From Daphnia carinata (taxonomy: Eukaryota), in contig NC_081333.1 in the NCBI RefSeq assembly GCF_022539665.2, forward strand, positions 7,440,001 through 7,504,000: 64,000 nt of DNA, in the 5' to 3' direction. Shown here piece after piece: positions 24,785-39,718 of the stretch; the first letter of the stretch is position 1; every line of letters begins with the position of its first letter. Both the position numbers and the translations under genes were made by a program. The notes under the pieces are model-generated. The model saw only the letters and a list, made by a program, of their open reading frames with translations, had not been told where the DNA came from and ran no database searches.

Positions 24785-27700
24785 CAAAGCCGATGGCCTT
24801 CGTCCGTTTCGTCGGTGAAAGTGTTTTCGAATCGGCCGAGCGTATCACCGATCGACTTTGAGTGTCGTCAATATTCAGTTTTTAACAGTGCCGTCCGTCC
24901 GCCCGCTGTTCAGTTGGTTGAACGCACGGTATGTCATTGCGTTGCGAGCAGCGTAGAAATTTCAATCGGGATTACCAGAAGTGACAAGCAAATTATTTCA
25001 AAGGCGCGCTGTTGTTTTATTTTCTTTTTCTTTTTCTTTCAAAAAAAAAAAAAAAAAAAAAAAGAAAAATAAACCTATGCATATAAAGGAATTGCCCTCT
25101 GGTCTCGGCTCCACGGTTCTCTGCCCTCCTGTATTCCTCCCCTCCCGCCGACCACCTGACTGACGACAGAGGGGGGAAAAAAAACCATGAACGCCAACGG
25201 GCACGAATGCTCACCGCGGCAGGGAGCAGCAGCGGGACCGTGTAAGCCCTCCCCTTTCTTCTTTGATAGAGCTCCCTCTCTCTTTGCCGAAAGCTCATGC
25301 TTGAGCCCAAGTTCCGATCAGTCGACTGCCGACCTCTCGTTCGGCGTGGTTGTTGTGTGTCACCTTTGTTGTTTTGCGTTTTTCTCTCCTTTCAAGAACC
25401 TTTATTTCGCGGTTCCCTCCCTTTTTATTTGTTTTCATCGCCATTGTGTGTTGTTTCGAAACGCATGACCGGAAAAATTTAATCAAAGCGGACGATCGTG
25501 CATCTTCGGCGAACCGTGATCGTTTTTTTTAAAAAACTCGTTTTGTGCGTCACACGTTTGAAAAAACAAAAAAAAAACTTTGTTTGAAATTCGTCATCTT
25601 CGTTTGTAGTCCCGTATTGTTTTCAGCTAGAAATCAAACATCTCGTCAAAGAGTCGCAACAGGTATACATTTTGCAAGAGACACGTTTCATTATAGCTCG
25701 GATAAAAAAAAAAAAAAAAAAAAAGAACTGGTACAACGGTAGTAGTTGCAGGTAATACTGTAGACCTTTTTTTTTTTTTTTTTTTTTGCAGCAATCCTGT
25801 TCGATAAAAGCCGTTTGATAGAGATTGAAGAGATTGTTCTACTCCCAAAACGTCTATTGCGATGACAACGACCTGTTCTAGCAAATTGTTATTATTATTT
25901 TTTTTTCTTTTTTTCCCTTTTGTTGTTTTCAAGTCGTGATGACGACCTCTTGAACTGGATTCTTCCTCCTTCTCCCGACTGGGAAACACAATTGAGCGCA
26001 CCGCAACGATGTTTTTTTGATAATATGTTAGCGACGATTTTTTTTTTTTTTTTTTCTTTTTTCAATGAAGGTGGGGGGGGGGGGGGCTTTGCAAGTAAAG
26101 GCGGCTGAGACCTATCATTGGCAAAAAAAGACGCGGGAGAGATGTTTCTTTTTTGCTGCGGGATAGCAAACTCAAACGTTTTTCTCATTTTATTATGTGG
26201 AATATTTAAGGAGCTCCGTTTTCGGATGACCATGAAAGGCACCCTTTCTCTCAATAGCTTCCAGCTTTGATTTATCCTCTTTAAAAGTTTATTTTATTGC
26301 AAAAAATGATAATTTATGCTATCTGTACATCGTAAACCTAGAAGAAGAAGAAGAAGAAAAAAAAAAGGACGGAGAGGAAAGACGACAAAGAGATGGAAAA
26401 GAGTCGCTCTATGTCTGTGTGCTAAAATCAGATAAACGAGCCCGCGCGCGCGCAATAGATATGCAGATTGTTCCGTCCCTCGTTTGGCCTTAAATGGACG
26501 AACGCAACCTTATTTCTGTGCGTTCTACTTGGCCGTACCGTACCGTCCTGCCTATTTGACGGGTCTCGTTTGTTATTGTGTGTCACGTAACACATGCTAT
26601 GTTTAGATAATCAACCGACCAACGGGATCGCTACGTTATTTTTATTTTTTTTTGTTTTCGTTACTATTCGCTTGATCAAATCACTTTGAAAGTGATTCAT
26701 TTGCAGGCAGTAGACTATGCCCTGTGAGCGGGACAGGCCGTATGTCTTTTTTTTTTTTTTTTTGAGATTATTTTTTTCTTCGTTTCCTCAAAGTAACAGA
26801 AGTTGTCGTTGAATAGTCATCGCTCATCCTTCCGTTGCCTCTTGATTTCTCCTAGTAGAGAGAGAGAGAGAAAAAGACACGAAGAAATCTCATTAACGTC
26901 GCCTTTTTCCTGTTCATTTTTGGGAAAAAGAAGGGGGGAAAGGAACAAAAAAAAAAAAGAACCACCGCGAGAACTAACTCTCCGGGAGGGTCTCTGTCCG
27001 TTATTTTTTTCAAAAATTGTTATCCATCTTTTTTTTTTTTTTTTTTTTTTTTTCTTTTGTTCCCTTTCATTTTATTTAGTCATGATGATATTCCCCTTTT
27101 TTTTTTTCAGAAAGTTTAGAATTTTCAATCAGTAACCACACCCTGTTACCTGGTTCTGGCGATTGTACATGTCATCTGAGTACTTGGTTGAAAGCGTACA
27201 CGAAAAAGAAAAAGGGAATTGTTTTTTTCTTTTATGCAAATTTCTATTTAGAACACTAAATGGGAAAATGCTACCCCTCCCTCCCCCCTCCTAAAACGTG
27301 AACAAGAGTGCTCTTAGCAAAACTCGGTTGTTGAGCAATTGACATGCGCATTACATTTTGCTGAGCCGATAGCTGCGTTAGGTAAACGAACCGTTCCGTT
27401 TTTTTACCGGCTATTTTTACTTTTATTAGATTTTTTTTTTATTTTTTTTTTTTTGCCATGTGTGTGTGTGTGGGTTGTTTCGTTGTGTGACAGGAGAAAC
27501 AAAACAGAAAAAAAAAAATGTTTCTCGTACAATGTGAAACCGCGTGCACTGGAAAACGTTTTTTGCGTTTTTTACGAGCGGAAGTCGACCATCGAACGAA
27601 ACAAGTCTCGAGCTTCCGCCCTCGGGATACACACACACACACACACGAAAACTAAAGAATTTTTGCTTTAAAAAAAAAAAAAAACGAATGAACTGGTCTG

Positions 27701-28882
27701 CTTGTTTGTGTTTGTTCTATCCGTGCTTTTTATGTCGTTCGCTTCCAATTTCAAGAAGCCAAAGACATGGAGAACGAGAGAGAGAGGGAAAAAAACAAAT
27801 ATGGATGTTACAACCAGAGAAAACGAAATTTCGAGTACGGAAATGGACAGATTGTGCAGTACATTGTACTTGAAAAAAAAAAAAAAAAACCCTGGCAAAA
27901 AGGCGAATCATACGTCCAAATGGTTTGAACTTTGTCAGAGCTCATTTTCTAAAGCAAATCAATTTGAAAAGAAAAATGAAGGGAGAAATAGGCCGGAATG
28001 CGTGTCCCTTTTCACATCGGTTAGAAAATGGTTTGACCGATTTTAGAAAGAAAAAAAATTCTCTTTAGAATTTGGCCTCTTTTTACTCCAAACCTTTATT
28101 TTTGTTGTCCATGTGTGTGTGTGTGTGTGTGTATCTACCGAGTCGAGAATAAGAACACGTAGGATTATCCCGTTAGGTTGACGTGTGCTGAAATTCTGAA
28201 AACGTAGGCTACAGGTATGTGAGAATAACGTTAGAATTCATCTTCCATTCTTTCCATCCACTATGTAGTCTTTCCACTCGTAGAGTTAACAGTTTGACGG
28301 ACAGCCTACATTAGATATGGCTGATGATTGATGCTCGCTAGATGCTCGGCACACCCCCTCAAAGATGTCTCCGGGATGCAAATGTTTCTTTGAGAAGATG
28401 AGGTGGGGGGGGGGGGGTATAAAAAGGGAAAGAAAGCTGTCTGACATCTGCTACAAAACGCCTACTTTGCCGAGTGATTTTCTAATTATTATTTCGAATT
28501 ATTCTTTTTGAGAACATTTTGCGTGAAAATATCGTTTGCGTTTCGTGAAAAACACGCAGAGACAAAGAAACACTTGTGTCCCATTTCTTTCCCGTATACA
28601 AATGGGAGATTTTTATTTTTTTGGCTCTTGTATTTTGTCCAGCTGTTTGATTTTTATTTTTATTTTTTTTTTTTTTTTTGAGAAGCCCTCGAGAGAATCA
28701 ATGCCAATTAAGGTATTGAATGGACGCCAACCCCTTGCAGCTTTCATTATGGCGTTTGCTTTTAATGACCACCCGCGGGATCCGGTTCGTGTGCTATTAC
28801 ATGCAATTGCAGTCGACTAGGCGACCCAACTTATCGCCCCGAGATTCAGAAAAAGTACTGTAAGCATCGAGCAAACGCGTTT

Positions 28883-28914
<32 letters not shown>

Positions 28915-31900
28915 CATTTTCAATTTGCTGGAACAGCACAAAATGGAGACGGGAGCTCGGACGTGTTTGACTATTTACGTCTTGAACGCTGATATGGGCA
29001 AATGCCAAAATAGGAAGAATTTTGGCGATGATGACGTTACTGGATTAAAGGACAACTGGATTTAAATAAAAAAAAAGGGCTACAGAAACGGTTCCGCAAG
29101 TTTCTCTATCTGTTGAGTCATGAGTTACAATCGGGCATCACAATATAAGCAGTTTTTACAAGACTTTTCCTTCCAGCTATCGGGAAGGTTAACTGAAACG
29201 ATAGTCTTAACTAAAACTGCGCGCACACCCAACTGGTGTGTCTGTGGAAATGTTTGGGAGAAAGGAGATCAATATCTGATCTTAACCTTTTTTTTTTCTT
29301 TCTTTTTTTTTTTTTTTTTTTTTTTCTTGTATTTTACTCAACATTTCTCTTTTAATTTAGTTTTTTTTTTTTTTTCGTCTATTCTACTTTTACTTATTTT
29401 GGTCTTTTGTTTTTTTATTTGTTGCAGCGCCAAGTCGAAATCATTACCCTCTTAACAAATGTTGTGTAATATGTATTCGTGCGGTTTTTGCGTTTGGCCT
29501 TCAGCTGGGCAGTGCATGAGAAAATGTTTCCCATTTTTTTTTTTTTTTTTTTTTTTTGTGTAGTAAACAGCAAATCTCCGCCCAAAATGGAAATTACGTG
29601 CAGATTCCCTTTCAGGAACTCTCCCCGAAGCGTTTTTTTTTTTTTGTTTGTATTTTTTTTTTTTTTCCGTACTCTCCGGCTGACTTGTTTTTTTTGTTTT
29701 TTTTATTATTATTATTTGAGTTTAGTTCTACTTTTTCCGTCTGATTCCCAGTTCTGGGAAACTACCGAAAGCCACTTGCGAAAAAGAAACAAAAAATAGA
29801 AACAAAAAGGGAAAACTTTTAGAAGGATTTCTAAAGAAGCAAAGAAGAAAGAGAGAAATAGTAGGTAGTTTGTACAAGTCTTTTAGCGAAGCAGCACAGA
29901 TATTTTTTGAAATGTACGCTATAAGTAAAAAAAAAAAAAACAGAAGGAGGCTAAAAAAAAAAAGAAAAAAGAACACGAGTTGATAGGTGTTCAATAAAAA
30001 GCTGTAAAGCTCTCCATAAATTGCTAGTTGCATGTTGTTCGTGTTCTTTTCACTCCTTTCTTGTGCAATATCAAGGTCGAAATCAAGGCGTTCCATATGA
30101 GGGCATCTTCCGCCCTGCCGCCATCTACGGTGACGTGTCGGATTAAGTAGCGCATTTATACACGAAATTCTGACAGAAAAGACTGTTCTTAGCTCGTCTT
30201 TCAAATCAAACAACTTTCATTTTTTTTTTTTTCGTATTTTGACGGCCACTAGACACGTTCCATCTTCGCCCACCGCTGCCCATTCCCGTGAAACACTTCA
30301 ACAACTCGACAATGTAGCGACACTATTCGCATCACATCATCTATTTATTTTTAATATCAAATGGGAGAAAGTTTCATTTTTTTTTTTTTTTATTGAAGTG
30401 TTGGCTTGTTGACTGTCGTTGCGGGCTCGTTCATCAAGATGCGCACCACCGCTTCATAGTTTTTTTGTTTGGTGGTTATTTCTAGTGTGAACTGGCCGTC
30501 CGATCTAACTGCTTTCGGACGTCATTTCTGGTTTGAAAGTGTTGTGCCATCAAATATTCTAAGCTTGGTTTCCCCTCCGCATTGTCGGTAAAAAAAAAAA
30601 AATAGCACCTATTTAAACCGCAAGATGTGTGAAAGCTTTTTGACTATTTTTTTATGATAATTTTCCAAGTCAATTTCCTTTTTTTTTTTTTTTTTTTTTC
30701 CTAACCGATTGGAAAATGCTGATGTATTCCAAATTTGAGGTTTTCATGGCTCTCTCTAATGATGCATAGCTCGTCTTTCCACCCTGAAGACAATCAATTT
30801 CCTTTTTCCAAGAAAAAAAAAACAAAAACAAAAAACAAAAATTGACAGTGAACTTTGAAGGAGCAGATTGGCATCGGTCACGATCTTCTAGGCGACTCCC
30901 GGGGTTGTTAAAGGAAAAGTGTTTTTTTTTTGTCTGCGAGTATCTCGTGTCCGTGCTCGCACGGGTTACGGAACAGGAGCGTTGTGAGGTTAGTCGATGC
31001 GTGGCAAAGTAGGACACACACACAAAAACTATACGCCTCACTTGTTGTAGAAAGTGACTTGTCTTTTTCTTTTTTCCTTTTTATTTTGTTCAATTTTGGA
31101 GGTTTTTGTTTGACGTTGTTGTTTTGCAACTCTCCTTTTTTTTTTTTTTTTTTTTTTTTGTTTCTGTCTTTCTTTTCCTTTCGTATGTATTTTTGCGTGT
31201 GTGGTTTGCTTGGCGATGGTGGTCCTGCGCCTGTCATTATTGTATGCGTAGGCTACTGCCGCTTGAAAGACGGGCTGCACCCATCAGCATATTGTAATGC
31301 CGGGCGTCTCCACACATTTTTTTTTTTTCTGTGCCTTTAAAGATTCTTCCACTCACCTCAATCTCAGCTCATTCTCAACGCAAGTTCTTTTTTTTTTTTT
31401 TTTTTGTTAAGATGAGAAAAAAAAAAAAAAAAAAAAAAAAAGGTAGTCAAACTTTCACTTGGCAGTTGGTGGCGGGATAGGCCATTTGAAAATTCCTTTG
31501 GTGTTTCATCATTTAAAAGAAATCATTGTGCGTGGCACAAAAATTTCTCTCTGCCACCACACAGTCATAAGTTGAATTTCGTTGTTCATTATTGGGAGGG
31601 CCGTATATATACGATCCGCTGTGTTCACCTTAGCTCACCTCGAAACGCGGTATTGGTGTGTGCGCTCGGTTTTTATTCATTAAGCTCGAAACCACTGCCG
31701 CAGAGTGGCTGTTCTTTTCTTTTTGTCTTCCTTTTCGTGTAAAGAAAACGGAAAAAAATTCAGTTTTTCTTTTTCCGTTTTGTCGACGACATCCACGACC
31801 TCTTTGGCTGCATACATTTTTTTTGTGTGTGTGTGTGTGTTTTTTCTTCCTGCTGTGTGTAAGATGCCGGATGCCCAATGGTGTATAAGATAATGCTGCA

Positions 31901-34900
31901 GCCAGTCGCACTGTGTGGGAAATAAAAGGGGCACAGGGAATGGAACGTCCTGGTGAGCTCACATCCATGGCGGATAAAGAGAAATTAAAAAGAATTTTCG
32001 TGTGTACTCTTTTTTTTTTTTTTTTTGTTTGGAAAAAAAAAAAAAAAAATCTATTCGTTCCTTTTAATGTACATGTGGATGTCGTAATTGCGGGAACTGA
32101 AGAAGAAGAAGACAAAAAGAAGTTTGCTTAAGAATTAAAATGTCGAGTCCCACGTTTCTTCATTTGTTATTGTTGCTCTTGATGTTTTGACTTTTTTTTT
32201 TCTTTATTGTTATATTCAGTTGGATTTGAATGTGTTTTTTTTGTTTTTTTTTTTTCTCGTTTTCCCGACGTGAATTTAGGAGCTTTAACGTCATGAGCGA
32301 CATGAAGAGGCTGTTCTACGTGTGGTTCCTCGGCGCCAAAGAATGCCGCGGACTGCGAGGCGATGAATTCGTTCGGCCCATCGTCCGGTACGTCCATTTT
32401 TGTTTTCATTCTATCCTAGCGCGCGTGTGTTTATTTAAATTTTTTGGCGCTTCTAATTACTACCTGACCCCTCTCCGACACACCCGTCGTAGTCCTTCTA
32501 AGGCTCCCTCCGTCTTTTAATTCGATTTTTTTTTTTTTTTTTTTTAAATTACACTCACGAAAGAGAAACAAAAAGAAAAATAGCAAAACAAACGACCAAT
32601 CACCTTTTGTTTTTCTATTTTGGCTGCGTCGTGAGGCCCGTGGGACGCATTTTATTCTGTAAATTGTAAAAAATGAAAGGTGGAAGAGGGGACGTTGAAA
32701 TTGAAAACTTCCGCGTCTTATTCTCCCCTACCTTATGGCTAGACTTAACGATTCATTTGTTGCAGGAAAGCCGCCAGAGCTCCAGTGAAATGAGAAGAAA
32801 AACGAAAAAAAAAAAATAAAAATAAAAATGGGAATGAACTGAATAATGTAACGAAACGAGAAAAGTCAGTGTGGGTTTTTTCTTTCTTCAGGGTGTGTAT
32901 GTACACACACGCGAGTTAGTTACAATCTACGTGGCATAATCGAAATATGTGTTCAAATATTATCATTTGAGAAGAAAAAAAAAAGAATAGAGAAACAAAA
33001 CAAATCCGACAGCGTATTTGATACCTCGGGATTTTCACGGGGGTTTCGGGAGGTCGTTGGCTAAACACCTATTGGGCACATCATAAAAACATAAGATTAT
33101 CATTTTTGTTTGCATTTTGTTTTACCGCGAGGGGCTAAAAATCGCGGCGACAACAAAGTGTCTACAGGTAATAGACGCTCGTCTAAATATTGGGTGTGTG
33201 TATATACACGGAGAAACACTTGACTCGTCATCGATAGCCGAAAGGAACGACGGGGACGTGCAAGTCTTCAGGGGGGAGATCATAGAAAGAACAAAAAATT
33301 AAAAATCCCAACCCAAAGTTCGATGCCCCTGAACGTGAAGACTCCGGTCTTCTTATCTCTTTCTTTCTTTTTTTTTTTTTTTTCTTCTTCGTGTGTTTTT
33401 TTCTATTTTCTTGGACAATTTATTTATATCGAGTCTTTTATCTTCTTTTACCTTCCCAGTTTTTGGTCGTGGTTGAATTTGTTGTCTCATTTGATGTGGA
33501 CATATTTACGACCCTGAGTTGAGAAGAGGGAAAAGAAAAAAAGTACGACGAAAGTGTTTGTTGCTGTCCAGGGCGACCAGGGATAAGTGTTACGTACGCA
33601 TCATCCTACAAACATATCACCTGTTATCTGTTAGGCTTTGCGACTCTCCAATAAGCTTCGTGTTTCGTTTCTCTCTTGCCATATAAAGTCTGTGAAAAGA
33701 GAGAGAAAGATTTAAAAAAAAAAAAAAAAAAAAATCTAACTTGTTTATGCAACGTGCGATTTGAACATTTTTGCTTCCTGGTCGACGTTTGCCAGGGTCG
33801 TCAAGTATTTTCTCAGCCGAAAAGCTAAATGTATGCCTGTAAAAAAAAATGACATCTATAGCTCACAAGTCAGTGGTGGCACGATAAAAAGAAGCAAAAG
33901 GAAACTTCGTCAAATAAGAAAGAGAGAAATGTAGACCTCCATTTCTACAAGTCCCGAACGGTCGTGATTATGCGGTGCGACATGATCCTCCTCTTCTCAT
34001 TTTCTCTTACAACAGACAGTGAGAAGACGGTTGCTAATCATAGCCGCCGTTGTGTATTTCTTTGTCTTCTTTCTTTCTTTCTTTTTTTTCGGATATTTTC
34101 GTCTTTTTTTTTTTCTTTTTAACGGCCAAGAGAGATATAGGTCTTCCGCTTGTTTCGTTTTGCGTTCCGTCACGGAATTGATGATCACGGCGAACGTACG
34201 ACCAGGCAAAAGATGGCCTTGCATTGTTTCCAGTTATACACACGCATTCCGTCTTCTTCTCACTCGCTTCCAGCAGCAGCTGGAAGAATTTTTTTTTCTT
34301 CAAGGCTATAATCACCTACCTCAATAGCCAAAAAAAGAATAAATGTGTTCTTTCGGCAAAAAAAAAAATAAAAATAAAAATAAAGGAAAATCTTCAGTTA
34401 AATGTCTGCATTTCCTTATCTGTTGCGGAAAAAAAAAAAAAAAATAGGATGTACGAAAACAAGAAAAAGAAGGTCGGGCCTTGAGTCAAGTTTGCTTTTC
34501 ACCTTTTTGGTAAACCTTGTACGGCCCAGCGATGCAGCCAAGCCAATCACGCATAATTGTTTTTGGCATCTTCAATCATAGAGCGGGAGATTTTCAAATA
34601 TTGCGCGTGCAAGCGTGTGATGCAGTTTCGTCTGGCGCGCACGATCGTTTCTCCTCTTCGCACAGTTATTGGGCTTGAATCATCTCTCTGTCTCACGTCA
34701 TTCATTCGACGAGGCCAATCAAAATTGTAGACGATCCGCATCGATGATGTTGCCGCATCCCACCGGCTTTGTTTTCATTTCAACAATTGAAGCGTGTACT
34801 GTAACTTTCTTCGCTGTCAATTGTTTTTATTGCGTGTTTTCTAGTATTCTTTTATTTTATTTTATTTTTTTTAATTCCGTGTGTAAAACACCTGGTGCTC

Positions 34901-35700
34901 GTTCGATCAGAGTCGTCCCAACAAGTGTTGTTCACTGTCTTGGAAAAAGAAATATGAGGGATCGACACACACACACACACACACACAGATCGTTCACTTT
35001 TTTTTTTTTTTTTTTTGTTGAGGTTCCGTGACAATGACATGTTTGACAGCTGGGCAGAATTGATTCCTATTGACAGACTTGAACAAGTTATGCAGGAAAT
35101 ACGGAACAATTTATTTATTTATTTATTTTTTTGGGTTTTTTTTTTTTTTTTTCCCTAAGCTGTTTTTTCAATTGACATCACGATTTTGGAATGAAATTTG
35201 AGTGGGTCGAACGGTCAGTTTAAAAAAAAAAAAAAAAAAAAAACTGGAATGGATGGCCGACAAAAATGCATAGACACTAGAAATGAGAACGCACGTTAAA
35301 AAATAAGTGTCGAGCGGATGGAAGCCGGTCTCTTCTTTATTTTTTATTTTTTTTCCTATCTTATCTCGGATCAATGACCGAACTTGAATCCGGGTACACG
35401 CGTACGCCATCGTTCTCCATACTGTGGAAGAGCTGACCGACGAAAAGCCTCCCCCTTCTCGTAGTTTTTTTTTTTTTCTTTTGCTTGTGTGAGAACGGGA
35501 TATCTGCGGTTGTATGAAGCAATTGCAATGATGAGAAGTAACAATGGCGATAATCTCGGTACATTTCTCCCTTTAATTGCCTTTCAACTGTCATTGTCAA
35601 CAATGATGCGCTCTGTCAATTTCGTTTTTCTCATACGCCTGTTTTTGTTTTCAAGTGTTTTGAGCTTTCGTAATACCCAAAAATTTCGAACATGTTTTGC
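21500..35700. repeat. Low-complexity intergenic/intronic region rich in poly(A)/poly(T), (CA)n and (GA)n tracts
   Basis: Dozens of homopolymer runs of 10-25 nt and dinucleotide microsatellites. The ORFs here translate to poly-F/poly-K artefacts. Confidence 0.8.
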
Positions 35701-37513
35701 TGTTTATTGGCATTATTATCTGCTTTAAAAAGTGTGACTGAATTTGTTCATCTTTGCGTGCAATTCAAACAGGTACTTCCAACGCAAGGAGGAAGAATGC
35801 GAGCCATCGAAAGTGACGTTGCAAATCTCTTCGAAAGGGATTAAATTGGTAGCCGAATCCCTGCGTCATTTCGTTCCCAGTCACGCCGTCACTTACGTCA
35901 GTCAGGGCGCTCCACCTGACGATGACATCGTCTCGGTCATTCTGCTTCTTTACAATCCGATAACCAAATGCCCCGTTCACCTGCACGCCTACAGGTGCGA
36001 CTCGGTCGAGACGGCTGATTTGCTGTCTGAACAGTTCCAGTTGCTCGTCGATTTGCCCGAGAACCAACGTAAAATTCGCGATCTCGAGCAACGGTTGCAG
36101 TCACAGGGACTCTACCCGAGCGCTGGACAGAGCCAGTCGAGGATGCTCATCAAATCGTGCGATACGGGACTGGGTGGTTCCAGCGGAGACCTACTGACTG
36201 GCCACAGCGATTCGTCCAGCGACGACGTCGCTACGAACGACGTCTGCAAATCGTCGATGGATTGTCAACGCCCCCTGCCACTTCAGTCTGATGTTGGCGT
36301 TTCGAAAAGCGACCAGGAACGTATTGCCCGTCTATACGATTCTCTGGCAGCCGAATTGCGTGACAAACTGGGCGGTGCCATGTCCGGCAAAGCAGCTCCT
36401 CTCCTTCTGCCTCCGAAGGATTACGAGATGCAAGAGCCGGAAAGTGGCCGTCCGATGGCCAAAAATGCAGCTGTTCAATCGAATAACAATCGGACCGGTC
36501 GTCCAGCCATCCGCGGCAATAAGCAGACGGACAACGGTTCGTCGAGTGGACTGTCTAGCGGAATCGGATCCGATCTAGATGATCCGGTAGCCGATCGTTC
36601 CAGAAATCGCGAATGGATGCGTTCCACCGCCGTGAACAGCCAACAACAACCGGACAATAGGCAACAGCAACAACTTCAACAGGCCCGTCAGCGTTACAGT
36701 TATCACGATTCGAGCAGCAGCAACAATAACATCATGCATCAGCAGCAACATCAATACCAACAGCAACAACAACAAGAAGTCCGTCGTCGTGAACCTGTGA
36801 TGCGCCAAATGTCGGAACGGCGGGACACGTCGACTCTATTGAACAGGCGTTCCATGTCCGACTTGCGACGTCAGGAAGAGTCAGCCGTGATGATCCGCCG
36901 GAGAGAAGAGAGTTGCCGTGACATTCGCGCCAGCAACGCCGAACTGAACCGTAGCCGGGCCGATTTCCAGCAGCTTCTATTGGCCGATGGGAATCGGAGT
37001 CGGGTCAAAGAAGCTCTCTCCAAATTCGAGAGTCGAGATCATCAGCAAAACGAACATGTCAAGGCCGTTCACGCCAGTTCACGTAGCCGCTCTTTCCGCG
37101 ACGACCAGCCGTCTCAAGGCTGGAACGCAGGCTTCAAGTACCGCCGCCAGCCGTCTGCTGTCGTCGATGGCTATCAAGAGCTGGACCAACGAGAGCGCTT
37201 CCCTGGTATGGCCAGTCGAAATTGAAAAGGCTCTTGTGAAACCGACAAGGTCTTTATCTAACATTTTTTTTTACCTTTTTGCTTATTTAATTGCAAAGGT
37301 CTCGATCGTGAAACTGCCCGCGTCCTCGAGCCGCTCCACGGACAGATGTCGCATCAGCAGCAACAGCAGCAACGTCATTTGCAACGTCACAAGTCATCGG
37401 AATTCGTGTCGATGATCAAACGCGGACCCAATGACTCTGGGAGCGTCGTCGTCGTCGAACCTACTCAAAAAGTAGGTAATAGACATTTCCGTGCCGTCCG
37501 CCAACCTAATTGA
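32293..37513 (+). CDS. Uncharacterised arthropod protein with N-terminal PTB/PID-like domain and a long disordered Q/S/R-rich tail
   Basis: Exon 32293-32387 (MSDMKRLFYVWFLGAKECRGLRGDEFVRPIVR) splices in frame to 35773-37205 (KVTLQISSKGIKL...HFVPSHAVTYV...LHAYRCDSVETA), then to 37299-37513 (junction ERFPGLDRE). The FLG, vtL.IS..GI and H.y.C motifs fit a PTB fold. The 3' end is uncertain because of a possible further splice at ~37472. Confidence 0.8.
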
Positions 37514-38387
37514 CGGTGATTGTGATCCCCATTTCCCTTTCTTTTTTCGTTTCCTTAAAGGGGTTGCTTTTCAATTTTAAATTCTCCCTTTTTACGAAAA
37601 AAAAAAAAAAAAAAGAAAATTCTATTTCTGTTTCTTGAGTAATCAAACGGAATGACCGTCAAATCGGCTGCGAATGGCCTTCACATGTCTCACTATGACT
37701 AAGCGAAAAAGTTTCTAAAGAAAAATAGGTAGAAAAAAGAAAAGTTTATCGAAAATTGCGTTTTTATTTGTTAATGCTGCAGATAGACTAGAGTTCTGCA
37801 GACGTTCCGGCGTTGTTTTCATGCCGACGTTTAAGTAGTGTGGCATATTTCGTCTGATGATTTGCATTTTGATTTCCAAACCGAAAAGGGGAGAGATAGA
37901 AAAAAAGAAAACTAGATAATAGTAATGAAATAATAAGGGGACGAGGTATGCGTGCATGGGCAGTAGGAGAACCAGGAAGAGAATTTTCGGAGAGTACGCG
38001 CAACAATTTTATAATCACTTTTTGGCTTTAGCTTTTGTGTTTCTTCTGGTTACCCTCCCTGAAAAATATTTCTTCTTCTGTTTTTTTTTTTTTGTTTTGT
38101 TTTTGTTTAATTTCTTTTGTTCTTCCCACATCCAGCGAAGCAAAGAACCTGGTACGAAAGTAAACAACAGAGTGTGCAAAGTAGTAAAACTTTCAGATGT
38201 TGTTTTGTGTGTGTCTTTGTGTGCGTGTGTAAGTGTGTGTTCTCTCTCGCTCTTTCTCCCCAAGCCTCTTTAGCTCCCCCCTCTCTTATCGCGTAACGGC
38301 AATTGCTCGTGACTGATGCGAATGTGACCTCTTGAATATATATATATATACGTATATACAGTGAATATTTGTTCCTTTTTATTACTG

Positions 38388-38418
<31 letters not shown>

Positions 38419-39718
38419 ATTGTCGGCCGGGCATCAGGAAAAAAAGATTGTCTAATAAAACTTTCATTCCGTAAAATTACGCAACTGGTACGTACTTTTT
38501 TGTTTCATCCTTCAAGCCTTGCGGCTTAATGACGTTAAAGCCACGTCATAAAGTCATTGCCTTTATTATGTATTGTGCATACACATCTAGCTAGCTGTTT
38601 AAATACTGAACACAAAAAAAAAACGAAGGATGCAATGCAGCTAGCTCTCCGGCTGCCGGAGCACGACCCCACAATGCCGCAGGGTGCTATGCGGAATCGT
38701 GTTTTCTTTTCAAAGGGGGCTGGTGGGATCTTCCTTTGCATCATCCAGCCTCACGATGAGCCGCTCACGACAGAGAAACGAATGCGACAGCCCCGATGCG
38801 GGATGATTATTTCTTTTTCTCCGTACAACATTGATTTTCTGTCAGAACGAAGATTAGAAAGGCTTGTTGTCGTTTCATGGTACTGCATATCAGCAAATAG
38901 GTACTGACTTCATCTGTTCTTTCTCTCGAATAAAAATTCAAATTTTTTTTGCCTATTCACGTTCACTTACTTATTTAGTCGTCACTCCCTAAATTCGATT
39001 AGATTGCCGACAATGATGTATCAGACATCTTAAAAAATTGAACGCAATCTCGTCTTGCCAAAATTTACTTTCTCTCGTTTCTGAATGTAAAAAAGTAACA
39101 CCTACGCCTTTTCTTAATCCTTTCATTTCTGTGAACTTAACGTAGCCTACTTTGTTCTGTGCAACAAAACGGAATACAGCTTGCGTTTATTGAGCTAACT
39201 TAGAGTTAGCTGCTGTTGGGAAATGTTCAGAGAAAATTGTTACCCTCAAGCATTGCCACTGTAGTGCATGTAATTGAATTTGTTATTCAAACTGAAAGAG
39301 GTACCAAAGTGTTACTGGTGTTGAATATATGGTTTTTGAAAGGCTGTTGCATCTTCAAAAATGCTATGTTTGTAAACAAAAAACAATTGGGGATCTGAAA
39401 AAAAAAGAGTTGCAATACTGTAACATAAAATCAACAGTCTTTCTCTTAACTTTTCCTAATTGAAATCTGTCAACGTGTTCAGTCAAGAGTTTACAATGAA
39501 GCCGGTTGCAACGCTTCGAGTAGGCAGTGTTATATAAAATTCCATCGAAGAAACACGCGTTTATATGGACTTCACTATCGTATTTCTTGGGCAGACGTCT
39601 CTGTCAACATCTTGAAGTAGCATACTGAACTAGATTTGTAATTATGGTAAAGTTAGAGCTGATTTTTCTCTAAGGTAATTTATTCTGTGTACATCTGTAT
39701 TGTAAGCAACCATTCGAA

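Noticed and set aside
21500..35700. Numerous 60-200 aa ORFs
   Set aside because: They translate homopolymer and microsatellite tracts (poly-F/K); only the exon at 32293-32387 has a protein-like sequence.
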